DNA of 64,000 bases, taken from NCBI GenBank assembly GCA_963555825.3, contig CAUVXB020000001.1, forward strand, positions 768,001 to 832,000. Reading direction: 5' to 3'. The notes below the pieces were generated by a model. It saw only the letters and a list, made by a program, of their open reading frames with translations. It searched no databases and was not told the origin of the DNA. Source of the DNA: Alphaproteobacteria bacterium (lineage in GTDB: Bacteria; Pseudomonadota; Alphaproteobacteria; JAAXGF01). Below are positions 1 through 8,186 of the stretch, one piece after another. Made by a program: the position numbers and the translations under genes. The first letter of the stretch is position 1. Each line of letters begins with the position of its first letter.

Positions 1-400
1 TCGCTGCCCGGCCGGCGAGCGTTTGGTCTACCGCTTCACCAGCCAGGAGAGGGGGCTGAGCATGCGGCGCTACTGGACCAACGCCTGTCAGGGATGCGCC
101 ATCAAGCATCGCTGCACCACGGCCAAGCAGCGCCGCATCACCCGCTGGCAGCACGAGCATGTTCTCGAGGCCGTCGAGAGGCGGCTCGACGAGCACCCGG
201 AGGCGATGCGTCGGCGGCGCGAGACGGCCGAGCATCCCTTCGGCACCATCAAGTCCTGGATGGGCGCGACGCATTTCCAGACGAAGACGCTGAAACGGGT
301 GAGGACCGAGATGGCCCTGCACGTGCTGGCCTACAATCTCAAGCGCGTCATGAACATCACGGGCATCGACCCGCTGATCGCGGCGATGAGGACCGCATAG
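1..400 (+). CDS. IS1182-family DDE transposase, C-terminal part
   Basis: CxxCxxxxxC zinc motif and RRxTAEHPFGTIKSWMGATHFxxKTLxxVxTEMALHVLAYNLKR signature. Confidence 0.9.
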   Translation, partial: RCPAGERLVYRFTSQERGLSMRRYWTNACQGCAIKHRCTTAKQRRITRWQHEHVLEAVERRLDEHPEAMRRRRETAEHPFGTIKSWMGATHFQTKTLKRVRTEMALHVLAYNLKRVMNITGIDPLIAAMRTA

Positions 401-582
401 GCCTCTCTGCGCCGCAAATTGCGCCCATATCCGGCCAAATCGCAGCTCACACCGGCGCCAGCCGGCCGACAGGTCCGCACGAGTGGCGAAAATCCTTAAT
501 CCCGGAATACCCGCCGCGACGGATCATCGAAGCCAAAGACGCGCCGTACAGATCACGCAGCAAACGTTCTTACACAGTCTGG
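1..582 (+). mobile_element. IS1182-family insertion sequence, right part (truncated by window edge)
   Basis: Transposase C-terminus, then GTTCTTACACAGTCTGG at ~566-582, which resembles IS1182-type right inverted repeats. Confidence 0.75.
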
Positions 583-636
583 ACCCGAAGCAGACCGGCA
601 AAGAGCGTTGGTACAATGCAATATGCTAACCGGTGG

Positions 637-878
637 TCAGTAGCGGAGTTCAGCCGTGACCGCGTGGTGATCACTTGGCCACACACCATCTATTGGGTCG
701 TTGCCCGTAACACGGCAATCCACGACGTGGCCCGCGCCACGGGCCTTGGGATCACCGACAAGGATGTAGTCGATCCGACGGTTGGGCTCGAATACGTCTC
801 TGGCATAGGGGTTGGCGTTGTCCCAGGTATAGCCCGATCCCCCATCGCTGGCCCAACCCCATGCATCGTGAAAGAATA
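637..878 (-). pseudogene. Endonuclease/exonuclease/phosphatase (EEP) family protein, C-terminal fragment cut by IS1595
   Basis: FHDAW...GYTW...RRIDYILV...PSDHHAV motifs; upstream part replaced by the IS1595 left end at 879. Confidence 0.8.
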
Positions 879-950
879 GGGAATTACAAAGAAGGGTTGA
901 CATTTTCATGCCGCCTCCCCATATCTTAAGGGTAGGAAGGGAGAGTGGAA

Positions 951-1925
951 ATGGCGAAAAAAGCACCCGGAAAAGCTCACCGCAAGGGGCTCACCATCGT
1001 TCAGTTGATGGATATGTTTCCGACCGAGAAAGCCGCCACGGCGTGGTTCGAATCGGTAATCTGGCCAGACGGTCGCCACTGCCCCAAGTGCGGATCGCTC
1101 CGCACCAGTGAGGCCAGCCACGCGAAGATGCCCTATTGGTGCACCGATTGCCGATCCTATTTCAGCGTCAAGACGGGCACCGCCATGCAGCGGTCGAAAA
1201 TCCCACTTCGGAAGTGGGCGATCGCGATCTATCTGTGCCTGACCTCGCTCAAGTCGGTTTCGTCGATGAAGCTGAAACGCGACATCGGTGTATCGCAGCC
1301 GACGGCGTGGTTCATGCTTCATCGCATTAGGGAAGCCTGGGGCGGCGACAGCGAAGGTCCGTTCGACGGGCCGGTCGAGTTCGACGAAACCTACTTCGGC
1401 GGGAAGCGCCGCAACATGTCGAATGCCCAGCGCAAGGAGCTTGCGGGAACGGGCCGGGGCGCGGTAGGCAAGGTCGCGGTCGTTGGCGCGAAGGACCGGG
1501 CCACCAACAAGGTTGCGGCGCAGGTGGTAGAAGCGACCGACCGCGAGACGCTGCATGACTTCGTAGCCGAGAACGCCGAGCCGGACGCCGTGGTCTACAC
1601 CGATGACGCGGCGGCCTACGAAGGGATACCGAACCCGCATCAAAGCGTGAAGCACTCGGTCTCCGAATATGTCAACGGGATGGCGCACACCAACGGGATC
1701 GAGTCCTTCTGGTCGATGCTCAAGCGCGCCCACAAGGGCACCTTCCACAAGATCAGCCCCAAGCATCTTGACCGTTACGTCCAGGAGTTCGCTGGCAAGC
1801 ACAACATCCGCGATTCAGGGACGCTTGTGCAAATGCGGGATACTGTCGCTCGGCTGGTCGGGCGCAACCTTCTCTACCGCGACCTCATCGCGGACAACGG
1901 GCTTTCGTCGGGTTCCGGGGCGTAA
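951..1925 (+). CDS. IS1595-family transposase (ISXO2-like, zinc ribbon + DDE)
   Basis: CPKC...CxDC zinc ribbon, VEFDETY, VYTDD, HTNGIESFWS, Y..EF motifs; GGAG RBS. Confidence 0.95.
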   Translation: MAKKAPGKAHRKGLTIVQLMDMFPTEKAATAWFESVIWPDGRHCPKCGSLRTSEASHAKMPYWCTDCRSYFSVKTGTAMQRSKIPLRKWAIAIYLCLTSLKSVSSMKLKRDIGVSQPTAWFMLHRIREAWGGDSEGPFDGPVEFDETYFGGKRRNMSNAQRKELAGTGRGAVGKVAVVGAKDRATNKVAAQVVEATDRETLHDFVAENAEPDAVVYTDDAAAYEGIPNPHQSVKHSVSEYVNGMAHTNGIESFWSMLKRAHKGTFHKISPKHLDRYVQEFAGKHNIRDSGTLVQMRDTVARLVGRNLLYRDLIADNGLSSGSGA

Positions 1926-2012
1926 AGGCTCCGTGCGCCGGAACAGCGCCTTAGCCAGTTTTTCCGGCGTTGCGCCCGCAAGATCGCGGGCGGGATCAAG
2001 CATCGGTTTCAT
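1815..2012 (-). CDS. Small hypothetical protein antisense-overlapping the transposase 3' end
   Basis: ATG ORF of 65 aa (MKPMLDPARDLAGATPEKLAKALFR) starting 11 nt after the passenger stop codon. Confidence 0.45.
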   Translation of the reverse strand: MKPMLDPARDLAGATPEKLAKALFRRTEPLRPGTRRKPVVRDEVAVEKVAPDQPSDSIPHLHKRP

Positions 2013-2023
2013 GATTGTTTAAT

Positions 2024-2569
2024 CTACCGAGATTTTGTTACAGCATGGTCTTCATACGCTTTCTCGCCGATCCAGTCCTCCAAATACTCCTTGTAATACA
2101 GTCCGTTGCGCTTCCCCCACGAGCACTCGTCGTTGTAGGTCTTAAGAAGATGACGCGCTATCTCCTTTGCCCGAATCGAAGATACTGTTGGGGAAGTGAG
2201 GAGTCCTCGATTCCGCAAGAGGGCCTCACCAATGGTCATCGTTTCGTTTGGCAAGCGCCATCGGACCAATGAGGAAACCACCAGAAATTTTATGGCCTCT
2301 TCTTCATTTATCCAGCCGACTTCAGGGTTGGCTGGGCTTTCTCCCGTGGTCGGGCTTTCTGCAATTATTTTTAGCGGTTTCTTCTGGGTCCGCCGCCATA
2401 TTTGTAGAACGCTGTTCCATATCTTTTTCCGCCAGTAGATGGCGCTGGGAAGTAAGCAGAGGGAAAGCAATGCTCCCCAGCCCCAATGTCCTAGTGGAAG
2501 CCAAGGCTCCATCAGAAACCCCAAGAAAATAGGGGCGACAGAAAGCCCTGCGATGACGAGAATCCACAT
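2024..2569 (-). CDS. Passenger hypothetical protein with two N-terminal transmembrane helices
   Basis: Lower-GC ORF inside the IS1595 TIRs; hydrophobic N-terminus, then WRKK and a soluble domain. Confidence 0.65.
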   Translation of the reverse strand: MWILVIAGLSVAPIFLGFLMEPWLPLGHWGWGALLSLCLLPSAIYWRKKIWNSVLQIWRRTQKKPLKIIAESPTTGESPANPEVGWINEEEAIKFLVVSSLVRWRLPNETMTIGEALLRNRGLLTSPTVSSIRAKEIARHLLKTYNDECSWGKRNGLYYKEYLEDWIGEKAYEDHAVTKSR

Positions 2570-2622
2570 CCGCGCATCCTGCCCACGGGCCAAATAAATG
2601 TCAACCCTCCTTTGTAATCCCC

Positions 2623-2687
2623 TTAACAAGGGCGTGAACATTCGCCGCACTGGCCAGCGCGGTCGCGGATGTGGTAGTCGTCTTCAT
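2623..2687 (-). pseudogene. 5' stub of an unknown gene (MKTTTTSATALASAANVHALVK) cut by the IS1595 right end
   Basis: AAGGAAG RBS and ATG at 2687; the frame runs into the TIR and stops. Confidence 0.4.
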
Positions 2688-3288
2688 GGTGTTGCTTCCT
2701 TTCTTGGTTTAAGCACCCCGAGCCTACGGCTCAGGGGAAGCAACGCCACCCTAATTCAAAGTTTCAACAAATACCGGGACATCCCCCGGGAGAGTGGCGG
2801 CACCCTACATGTAGCGGTCATGGGCGTTAACCGGATAGGCAAGGTTCAGTGAACACTTTTACCTGCCTCCGCCATCCCGATCGGCGATCGACCCATTGTC
2901 GTTGGCGGCCGTCATTCGTAAGGCGTCTTTGGCTTCGCGATAGAGCTGCCACAGTCGCGTTCGGCTCAGGCAATGCTTGTTCATCAACACCTTCCACGGT
3001 GTCTTCGGTGGCCCATCCCGCTCGGCGACGAACTGCCTTCCGAATGCAGTCAATCGCGGCGCTTCGCCCAACTCGCCCCTCACCCCGTACACAAATCAAC
3101 AGAAATACGCATTTTGCCCAACGACCAAAAGTCCACAGACGGGCCCCCATAGCGGTCTTGGCGGGCGTGGGTTTCGGCCCCCCGGGGTCGCGCGCGCATG
3201 CCTCGGCGAATGCCATTCGCCTGCCGCCGATCACACGGACACACACGCATCGCAATCGACGATCGAGGCGCCCGATCTCGCGACGGCA

Positions 3289-3332
3289 CCGGACTAAGAG
3301 TGCGGTTCCTTCAACCGCTCGGCCACCCATCC
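3289..3332 (-). pseudogene. tRNA-Ser-like relic (5' acceptor strand and D arm intact, remainder degenerate)
   Basis: GGATGGGTGGCCGAGCGGTTGAAGGAACCG matches bacterial tRNA-Ser 5' ends; no canonical TTCGAAT loop or CCA follows. Confidence 0.6.
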
Positions 3333-3474
3333 ATTACCGTGGCGCCGATAGACATCGACCGGGATGGCGACCCGGACGCGTCTTCTCGCGTTCGACTAGG
3401 TCACACAATCGGCCGAATGGGTCGAGGTTGCCGCCGCCGCCGAGGCCTGCCAGAAGAACCTGAGAATTCATGGT

Positions 3475-3543
3475 AATTGGACTGTCTTGACATTGATAAT
3501 CTGTCCATATAGACTGTTTATACAATGAGTTGACAGTCCAATT
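3475..3543. repeat. Perfect 12-bp inverted repeat flanking the promoter
   Basis: AATTGGACTGTC at 3475-3486 and GACAGTCCAATT at 3532-3543. Confidence 0.85.
3487..3515 (+). promoter_or_regulatory. Sigma70-type promoter TTGACA-N17-TAGACT
   Basis: Consensus -35, 17-nt spacer, near-consensus -10; AT-rich; upstream of the small-ORF operon. Confidence 0.65.
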
Positions 3544-3582
3544 TCTCAAGGGCGGGAGCCCGACGGACCCGGAGGCCATCGA

Positions 3583-3846
3583 ATGGCGATCGCGACGAGC
3601 AGAGAAGACCCGATGTATCGGGGCAGGCCGAGACCAGTGCTGTCATGGCGGGCCGAGGCGGCGCCAACACTCGGGGCCTTTGCCATCCTCCGTGATGGCA
3701 GCGGGTTCGCCGAAAGGAAACAGCGACCATGCGATTCTTCGCGTTCCTATTCTTCCAACAGTTTCGAGCCGGCGTTTCGGAGCATGAGGTGTGGAATGAG
3801 CGCCACATTTAGTGGCGCCGATCGATCCGCCGGAGGTATCAGATGA
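3583..3846 (+). CDS. Small hypothetical protein A (FxIxRDG family)
   Basis: GGAGG RBS; 22/39 N-terminal identity to the 4085-4342 ORF. Confidence 0.6.
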   Translation: MAIATSREDPMYRGRPRPVLSWRAEAAPTLGAFAILRDGSGFAERKQRPCDSSRSYSSNSFEPAFRSMRCGMSATFSGADRSAGGIR

Positions 3847-4046
3847 ATATCGCAACTGCCGTTGCCAACGATCGCCAATTGTTCGTCGAGAGGCGATCGG
3901 AATCGTGCAAGATCGTTCGTATTCAGGCCCCTGAAACTTTTTCAATCTATCGCGACGGGCTGCTCTGCGAGAGGCTAGTCGGTACCAATTCGGCGGCTCA
4001 AAATCGAACTATCGCATTGTCAAACTGCTACCCCGAGCATGTTTAG
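3843..4046 (+). CDS. Small hypothetical protein B (FxIxRDG family)
   Basis: GGAGG RBS; ATGA overlap with the previous stop; FSIYRDG at the same residues 33-39. Confidence 0.55.
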   Translation: MNIATAVANDRQLFVERRSESCKIVRIQAPETFSIYRDGLLCERLVGTNSAAQNRTIALSNCYPEHV

Positions 4047-4084
4047 CAATTCGAGTAGTGAGCCACGAATTGGGAGATCATCGA

Positions 4085-4342
4085 ATGGCGACAACGACGA
4101 GCAGAATAGACCCGACGCTTCGAGGTGGACCGGAATCGGCGTTGGCCTGGGGGATCGGTTCGGCGCCCAGCCTGGGGACCTTTTCCATCCTCCGTGATGG
4201 CAGGCTCCACACGCGATTGGGCGGCACGCCGCGACAGGCCCGATTTCGCACCGAACGACTGTCCGATCGGGCGCCGCGACATCACTGGTGCTGCATCGAC
4301 GAAATCGGCGGCGTCTTGATGAGCGCCGGCGGCGCGGAGTAA
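4085..4342 (+). CDS. Small hypothetical protein C (FxIxRDG family)
   Basis: GGGAG RBS; paralogue of 3583-3846. Confidence 0.6.
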   Translation: MATTTSRIDPTLRGGPESALAWGIGSAPSLGTFSILRDGRLHTRLGGTPRQARFRTERLSDRAPRHHWCCIDEIGGVLMSAGGAE

Positions 4343-4365
4343 CGCGGGCCTCGGGGGATGTGATC

Positions 4366-4635
4366 ATGCGCTTTGTCCGGCTTCGCGACTTCGCCGCCGA
4401 TCGAAACGGCAGCGCCGCTATAGAATACGCGATCCTGGCCGCGGGGATCGGGTTGACTCTCGCCATGACAGTTTCGCTGTTGGGTGACCGGATGATGACC
4501 ACGTACGGTAATATCGCCGATGCAATCATCGCCGCGAGTGGCGATCCCGATACGCCACCGCCGTGCCCGCCGGCGGGTAAAAGCAAGAAAAACGACAAGG
4601 GCAAAAAGAACGGCAAGCCATTCTGCAAGAGCTAG
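4366..4635 (+). CDS. Flp/Fap (type IVb/Tad) pilin with Pro/Cys/Lys-rich C-terminal extension
   Basis: DRNG|SAAIEYAILAAGI prepilin cleavage motif followed by a hydrophobic helix. Confidence 0.85.
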   Translation: MRFVRLRDFAADRNGSAAIEYAILAAGIGLTLAMTVSLLGDRMMTTYGNIADAIIAASGDPDTPPPCPPAGKSKKNDKGKKNGKPFCKS

Positions 4636-4767
4636 TGTTGCGCCGCGGCCGATGACGCGGCACCGAACGGCGCCCATGCACACCGTCGAACACATGGTTT
4701 CCGTCCGCCGCCCACGTAACGGTGTGGCGAAACTTCGGCGTCATTAGCCGATACCGTTGCAGCCCCA

Positions 4768-4880
4768 TCAGCGCCATTGAAAATCTGCGGCCGACAGACT
4801 TGGCCCGACGAAGAAGGGGCGCGTTGCACTTTGGCCTAACCCTGAGTCGAGATGGGCGTCCCGGCGCACGAAACTCTTGG
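4768..4880 (-). pseudogene. Possible glutathione S-transferase C-terminal remnant
   Basis: AHLD...RPFFVGPSLSAADFQ resembles the GST C-domain N-cap motif; short and frame-broken. Confidence 0.3.
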
Positions 4881-5007
4881 AGCGCCGGGCCCGGCCGCCG
4901 GCCCGAGCCCGGCACGCCGTTCGGCGCGAATATGCTTGCCAAGCCGCGAGGCTTCGTTCAATCATCGCCGCCCTTGGAACGATGCTGGCGCAGAATTAGG
5001 GCCCGCC

Positions 5008-5991
5008 ATGACCGGTCGAAATCTCCGCAAACTGTCGCTCGTTCCCGCCGCCGCGCTTTGGCTGGCCGCCTCGGGCGCGGCTGCCCAGGCTGCCGAATTC
5101 GGCGATTGGCTGGCCGATTTCCGGGTCGAGGCGGCCCAGGCCGGAATTTCACCTGCCGTGCTGGATGCCGCGCTCGGCAACGTTAAACCGATACCGCGCG
5201 TCATTGAACTCGACCGCAAGCAGCCCGAATCTACGCAGACCTTCGAGGAATACCTCGCCAGGCGGGTCACGGCGGATATGGCTCACGAAGGTCGCCGCCT
5301 GCTCGACAAACACCGTGCGCTTCTCGAGGCGATCGGCGAGGAATATGGCGTGCAGCCGCGCTTCATCGTCGCGCTGTGGGGCGCCGAGACGCGCTATGGC
5401 AAATACACCGGTGGGTTTTCCGTCATCGCCTCGCTGGCGACCCTTGCCCACGACGGACGCCGCAGCAAGTACTTCCGCGGCGAGCTGCTGAACGCGCTCA
5501 AGATCATCGACGCGGGTCACATCACGGCCGACCAGATGACGGGCTCCTGGGCCGGCGCCATGGGCCAGAGCCAGTTCATGCCGTCGAGCTTCCTGCACTA
5601 CGCCATCGATTACGACGGTGACCAGCGGCGCGACATCTGGGGCACCCATGCCGATATCTTCGCATCCGCGGCCAATTATCTGGCGCGGGCCGGCTGGCGC
5701 GGCGACCAAACTTGGGGCCGCAAGGCACGGCTGCCCGACGGCTTCGACCCGACGCTCGCCGATCTCGGCGTCGTCAAGCTTCTCAGTGAATGGCAGGCCC
5801 TCGGCGTGCGTCGCGCCGACGGCAGCGACTTACCGGCTCGCGATCTTCGCGCTTCGATCATCATGCCGGGCGGCGAAGACGGCCCCGCCTATGTGATTTA
5901 CGGCAATTATCGGGCGATTCTGAAGTGGAATCGATCCAACTACTTTGGTGTATCGATCGGGACTCTTGCAGATCTCATTGGAAACAGTTAG
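5008..5991 (+). CDS. mltB: Lytic murein transglycosylase (MltB/SLT_2 family)
   Basis: ALWGAETRYG catalytic Glu, GSWAGAMGQSQFMPSSF, YAIDYDGD; signal peptide. Confidence 0.92.
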   Translation: MTGRNLRKLSLVPAAALWLAASGAAAQAAEFGDWLADFRVEAAQAGISPAVLDAALGNVKPIPRVIELDRKQPESTQTFEEYLARRVTADMAHEGRRLLDKHRALLEAIGEEYGVQPRFIVALWGAETRYGKYTGGFSVIASLATLAHDGRRSKYFRGELLNALKIIDAGHITADQMTGSWAGAMGQSQFMPSSFLHYAIDYDGDQRRDIWGTHADIFASAANYLARAGWRGDQTWGRKARLPDGFDPTLADLGVVKLLSEWQALGVRRADGSDLPARDLRASIIMPGGEDGPAYVIYGNYRAILKWNRSNYFGVSIGTLADLIGNS

Positions 5992-6039
5992 AATCCAGAC
6001 TCTGTTGGTAGCGTGTCCTCGGTTTTCAGTGATGATGAC

Positions 6040-6879
6040 ATGACAGTATTTGCAACTCGTTGGGCGGCACTTTCCCTCATCTCCATCGCGATGCTTTCGC
6101 TCGGCGCTTGCGCCGAAATTCAACTCGCGGCGTTCAGCGCGAAGGAGATTGCGGCGCATACCGATGAGCCCGTCAATCGGGGCGAATTCAAGGTCGGCGA
6201 TCCCTATGAGGTCAACGGCGCCTGGTATTACCCGGCGGTCGATCCCGGCTATGACGAGGTCGGTGTCGCGTCGTGGTACGGCGAAAAGTTCCACGGCCGG
6301 CCGACGGCCAATGGCGCGATTTACGACATGAACGCCCTGACCGCGGCGCACAAGACCCTGCCCATGCCGTCGACGGTACGCGTCACCAATCTCGACAACG
6401 GCCGGTCGATGCTGCTCACGGTGAACGACCGTGGACCGTTCGTCGCGGGCCGCATCATCGACGTCTCGCGCCGCGCGGCGCAGCTCCTCGGTTTCCGGCG
6501 CAAGGGCACGGTCAAGGTGCGCGTCCAGATCGTTCGGGACGACGCGCCCGAGCCGTTGATGGCCGCGCCGGCCGGCGCGGTGAGCCAGGAGCCGCTGGTC
6601 CAAACGGCCTCTCTATCGCCGACAACCGCGACCGGCTATGGCGGCGGCGCGCTGAACACCTACGTGCAGGTCGGCGCGTTCGGCAGCCTGGACAACGCGA
6701 CGCGTCTCAGCATTCAGCTCGCGCCGATCGGCCCGGCCCAGACGACCAAGGCGACGATCGCCGGTCAGACCGTCTATCGTGTTCGACTGGGGCCCGTCGG
6801 ATCGCTTCAAGAGGCCAACAGCCTGCTCCAGCGCGTCATCGCCGCGGGCCATTACAGCGCGCGTTTGGTCGTCGATTGA
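6040..6879 (+). CDS. rlpA: Septal ring lytic transglycosylase RlpA (DPBB + SPOR), lipoprotein
   Basis: LGAC lipobox, GVASWYG, TAAHKTLP, VNDRGPF, SPOR domain VQVGAF. Confidence 0.95.
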   Translation: MTVFATRWAALSLISIAMLSLGACAEIQLAAFSAKEIAAHTDEPVNRGEFKVGDPYEVNGAWYYPAVDPGYDEVGVASWYGEKFHGRPTANGAIYDMNALTAAHKTLPMPSTVRVTNLDNGRSMLLTVNDRGPFVAGRIIDVSRRAAQLLGFRRKGTVKVRVQIVRDDAPEPLMAAPAGAVSQEPLVQTASLSPTTATGYGGGALNTYVQVGAFGSLDNATRLSIQLAPIGPAQTTKATIAGQTVYRVRLGPVGSLQEANSLLQRVIAAGHYSARLVVD

Positions 6880-7006
6880 AGCGTGACGCGTCGGCGGTCT
6901 GGACGGTCGCCGAAATCTAGCCATAATCGCGTGGCAGACCAGGGCCGTTGGCCGGCTGGCCGACGTCGCCCTAAGTATAAGACCGTTCGGATAGAGGATA
7001 AACATC

Positions 7007-8158
7007 GTGAAGCTTGTGACCTGGCCGCGCCTGGCCTCCTTCCTGTACGCCCTGTTGATCGTCGGTGTGGCGCCGCTGCCGTCGCACGCCGTCGAGACCG
7101 AGGCACGCAACGTCATACTGATCGATGACGTGACCGGAACGGTGCTCTTCGAGAAGGATGCCGATGCCGCCGCGCCGCCGTCATCGATGAGCAAGATCAT
7201 GACTGTCTACATGGTCTTCCAGCGGCTCGCCGAGGGCACGCTCAAGCTCGATGACAGCTTCGTGGTCAGCGAAAAAGCCTGGCGCAAGGGCGGCTCGAAG
7301 ATGTTCGTCAACGTCGACGACAGGGTCGCTGTCGAGGATCTGCTGCGCGGCATCATCGTCCAGTCGGGCAACGATGCCTGTATCGTCGTCGCCGAGGGTC
7401 TGGCCGGCAGCGAAGACGCCTTCGCCGCCGAGATGACCGAGGTCGGCTACACGATCGGGCTCGAGAACAGCGTCTTCAAGAACGCCAGCGGTTGGCCGCA
7501 GGAGGGTCATGTCATGTCGGCGCGCGACCTTGCCCGGCTCGCGCAACGCACGATCCATGACTTCCCGCAGTACTACCATTATTACGCCGAGACCGAATTC
7601 ACATATGCCGATATCACGCAGCCCAACCGCAATCCACTGCTCGGCCGCACGCCGGGCGTCGATGGCCTCAAGACGGGGCACACGAGCGCGGGCGGTTACG
7701 GCCTGACGACCTCGGCGGAGCGCGACGGCCGGCGCTTGATCCTCGTCATGAACGGGCTGCCGAGCACCCGGACGCGGGCGCGTGAATCCGAACGACTGCT
7801 CGAATTCGGTTATCGCGAATTCCGCAATTATGCCTTGTTCCAGAAAGGTGAATCAGTCATCGAGGCGGATGTCTGGCTGGGCGATTCGGCGACCGTGCCA
7901 CTCGTCGTCGAAGATAGCCTGACGGTTACGCTGCCGCGCAAATCGCGTCGCAAGATGGCGGTGACCGTCAAATACGAGAGCCCGGTCCCGGCGCCCCTCG
8001 TCAAGGGTGCGCGGGTCGCCACGCTCGTCGTCACGGCGCCCGGCACGCCGACGCTCGAGGTGCCGCTGGTCGCCGGCATCGACGTCGAGAAGCTGGGACC
8101 GTTCCGCCGGATCGGCGCGGCGATCAGTTACATCGTCTTCGGTTCGGGGGCGGAATGA
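7007..8158 (+). CDS. dacA: D-alanyl-D-alanine carboxypeptidase (PBP5/6)
   Basis: SxxK (SMSK), SGN and KTG motifs. Confidence 0.93.
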   Translation: MKLVTWPRLASFLYALLIVGVAPLPSHAVETEARNVILIDDVTGTVLFEKDADAAAPPSSMSKIMTVYMVFQRLAEGTLKLDDSFVVSEKAWRKGGSKMFVNVDDRVAVEDLLRGIIVQSGNDACIVVAEGLAGSEDAFAAEMTEVGYTIGLENSVFKNASGWPQEGHVMSARDLARLAQRTIHDFPQYYHYYAETEFTYADITQPNRNPLLGRTPGVDGLKTGHTSAGGYGLTTSAERDGRRLILVMNGLPSTRTRARESERLLEFGYREFRNYALFQKGESVIEADVWLGDSATVPLVVEDSLTVTLPRKSRRKMAVTVKYESPVPAPLVKGARVATLVVTAPGTPTLEVPLVAGIDVEKLGPFRRIGAAISYIVFGSGAE

Positions 8159-8186
8159 CCGGCGGTCGCCGGGGCGGGGAGGGCGC

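Larger units (their letters stand above)
879..2622 (+). mobile_element. IS1595-family element carrying passenger gene(s)
   Basis: 27-bp terminal inverted repeats: GGGAATTACAAAGAAGGGTTGACATTT (879-905) and the reverse complement of 2596-2622, 25/27 identical; no target-site duplication. Confidence 0.9.

Noticed and set aside
906-1802. 298-aa ORF antisense to the IS1595 transposase
   Set aside because: Shadow frame of a clear transposase; no motifs.
2801-2818. CTACATGTAG palindrome resembling an NrdR box
   Set aside because: Single imperfect site with no nrd gene nearby.
2827-3290. Several overlapping ORFs between IS1595 and the tRNA relic
   Set aside because: No RBS or motif support; probably degraded island DNA.
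3677-3712. GATGGCAGCGGGTTCGCCGAA resembling a c-di-GMP-I riboswitch 3' end
   Set aside because: The GCAAA/GAAA P2 elements are missing; the conservation is better explained by the ILRDG coding motif.
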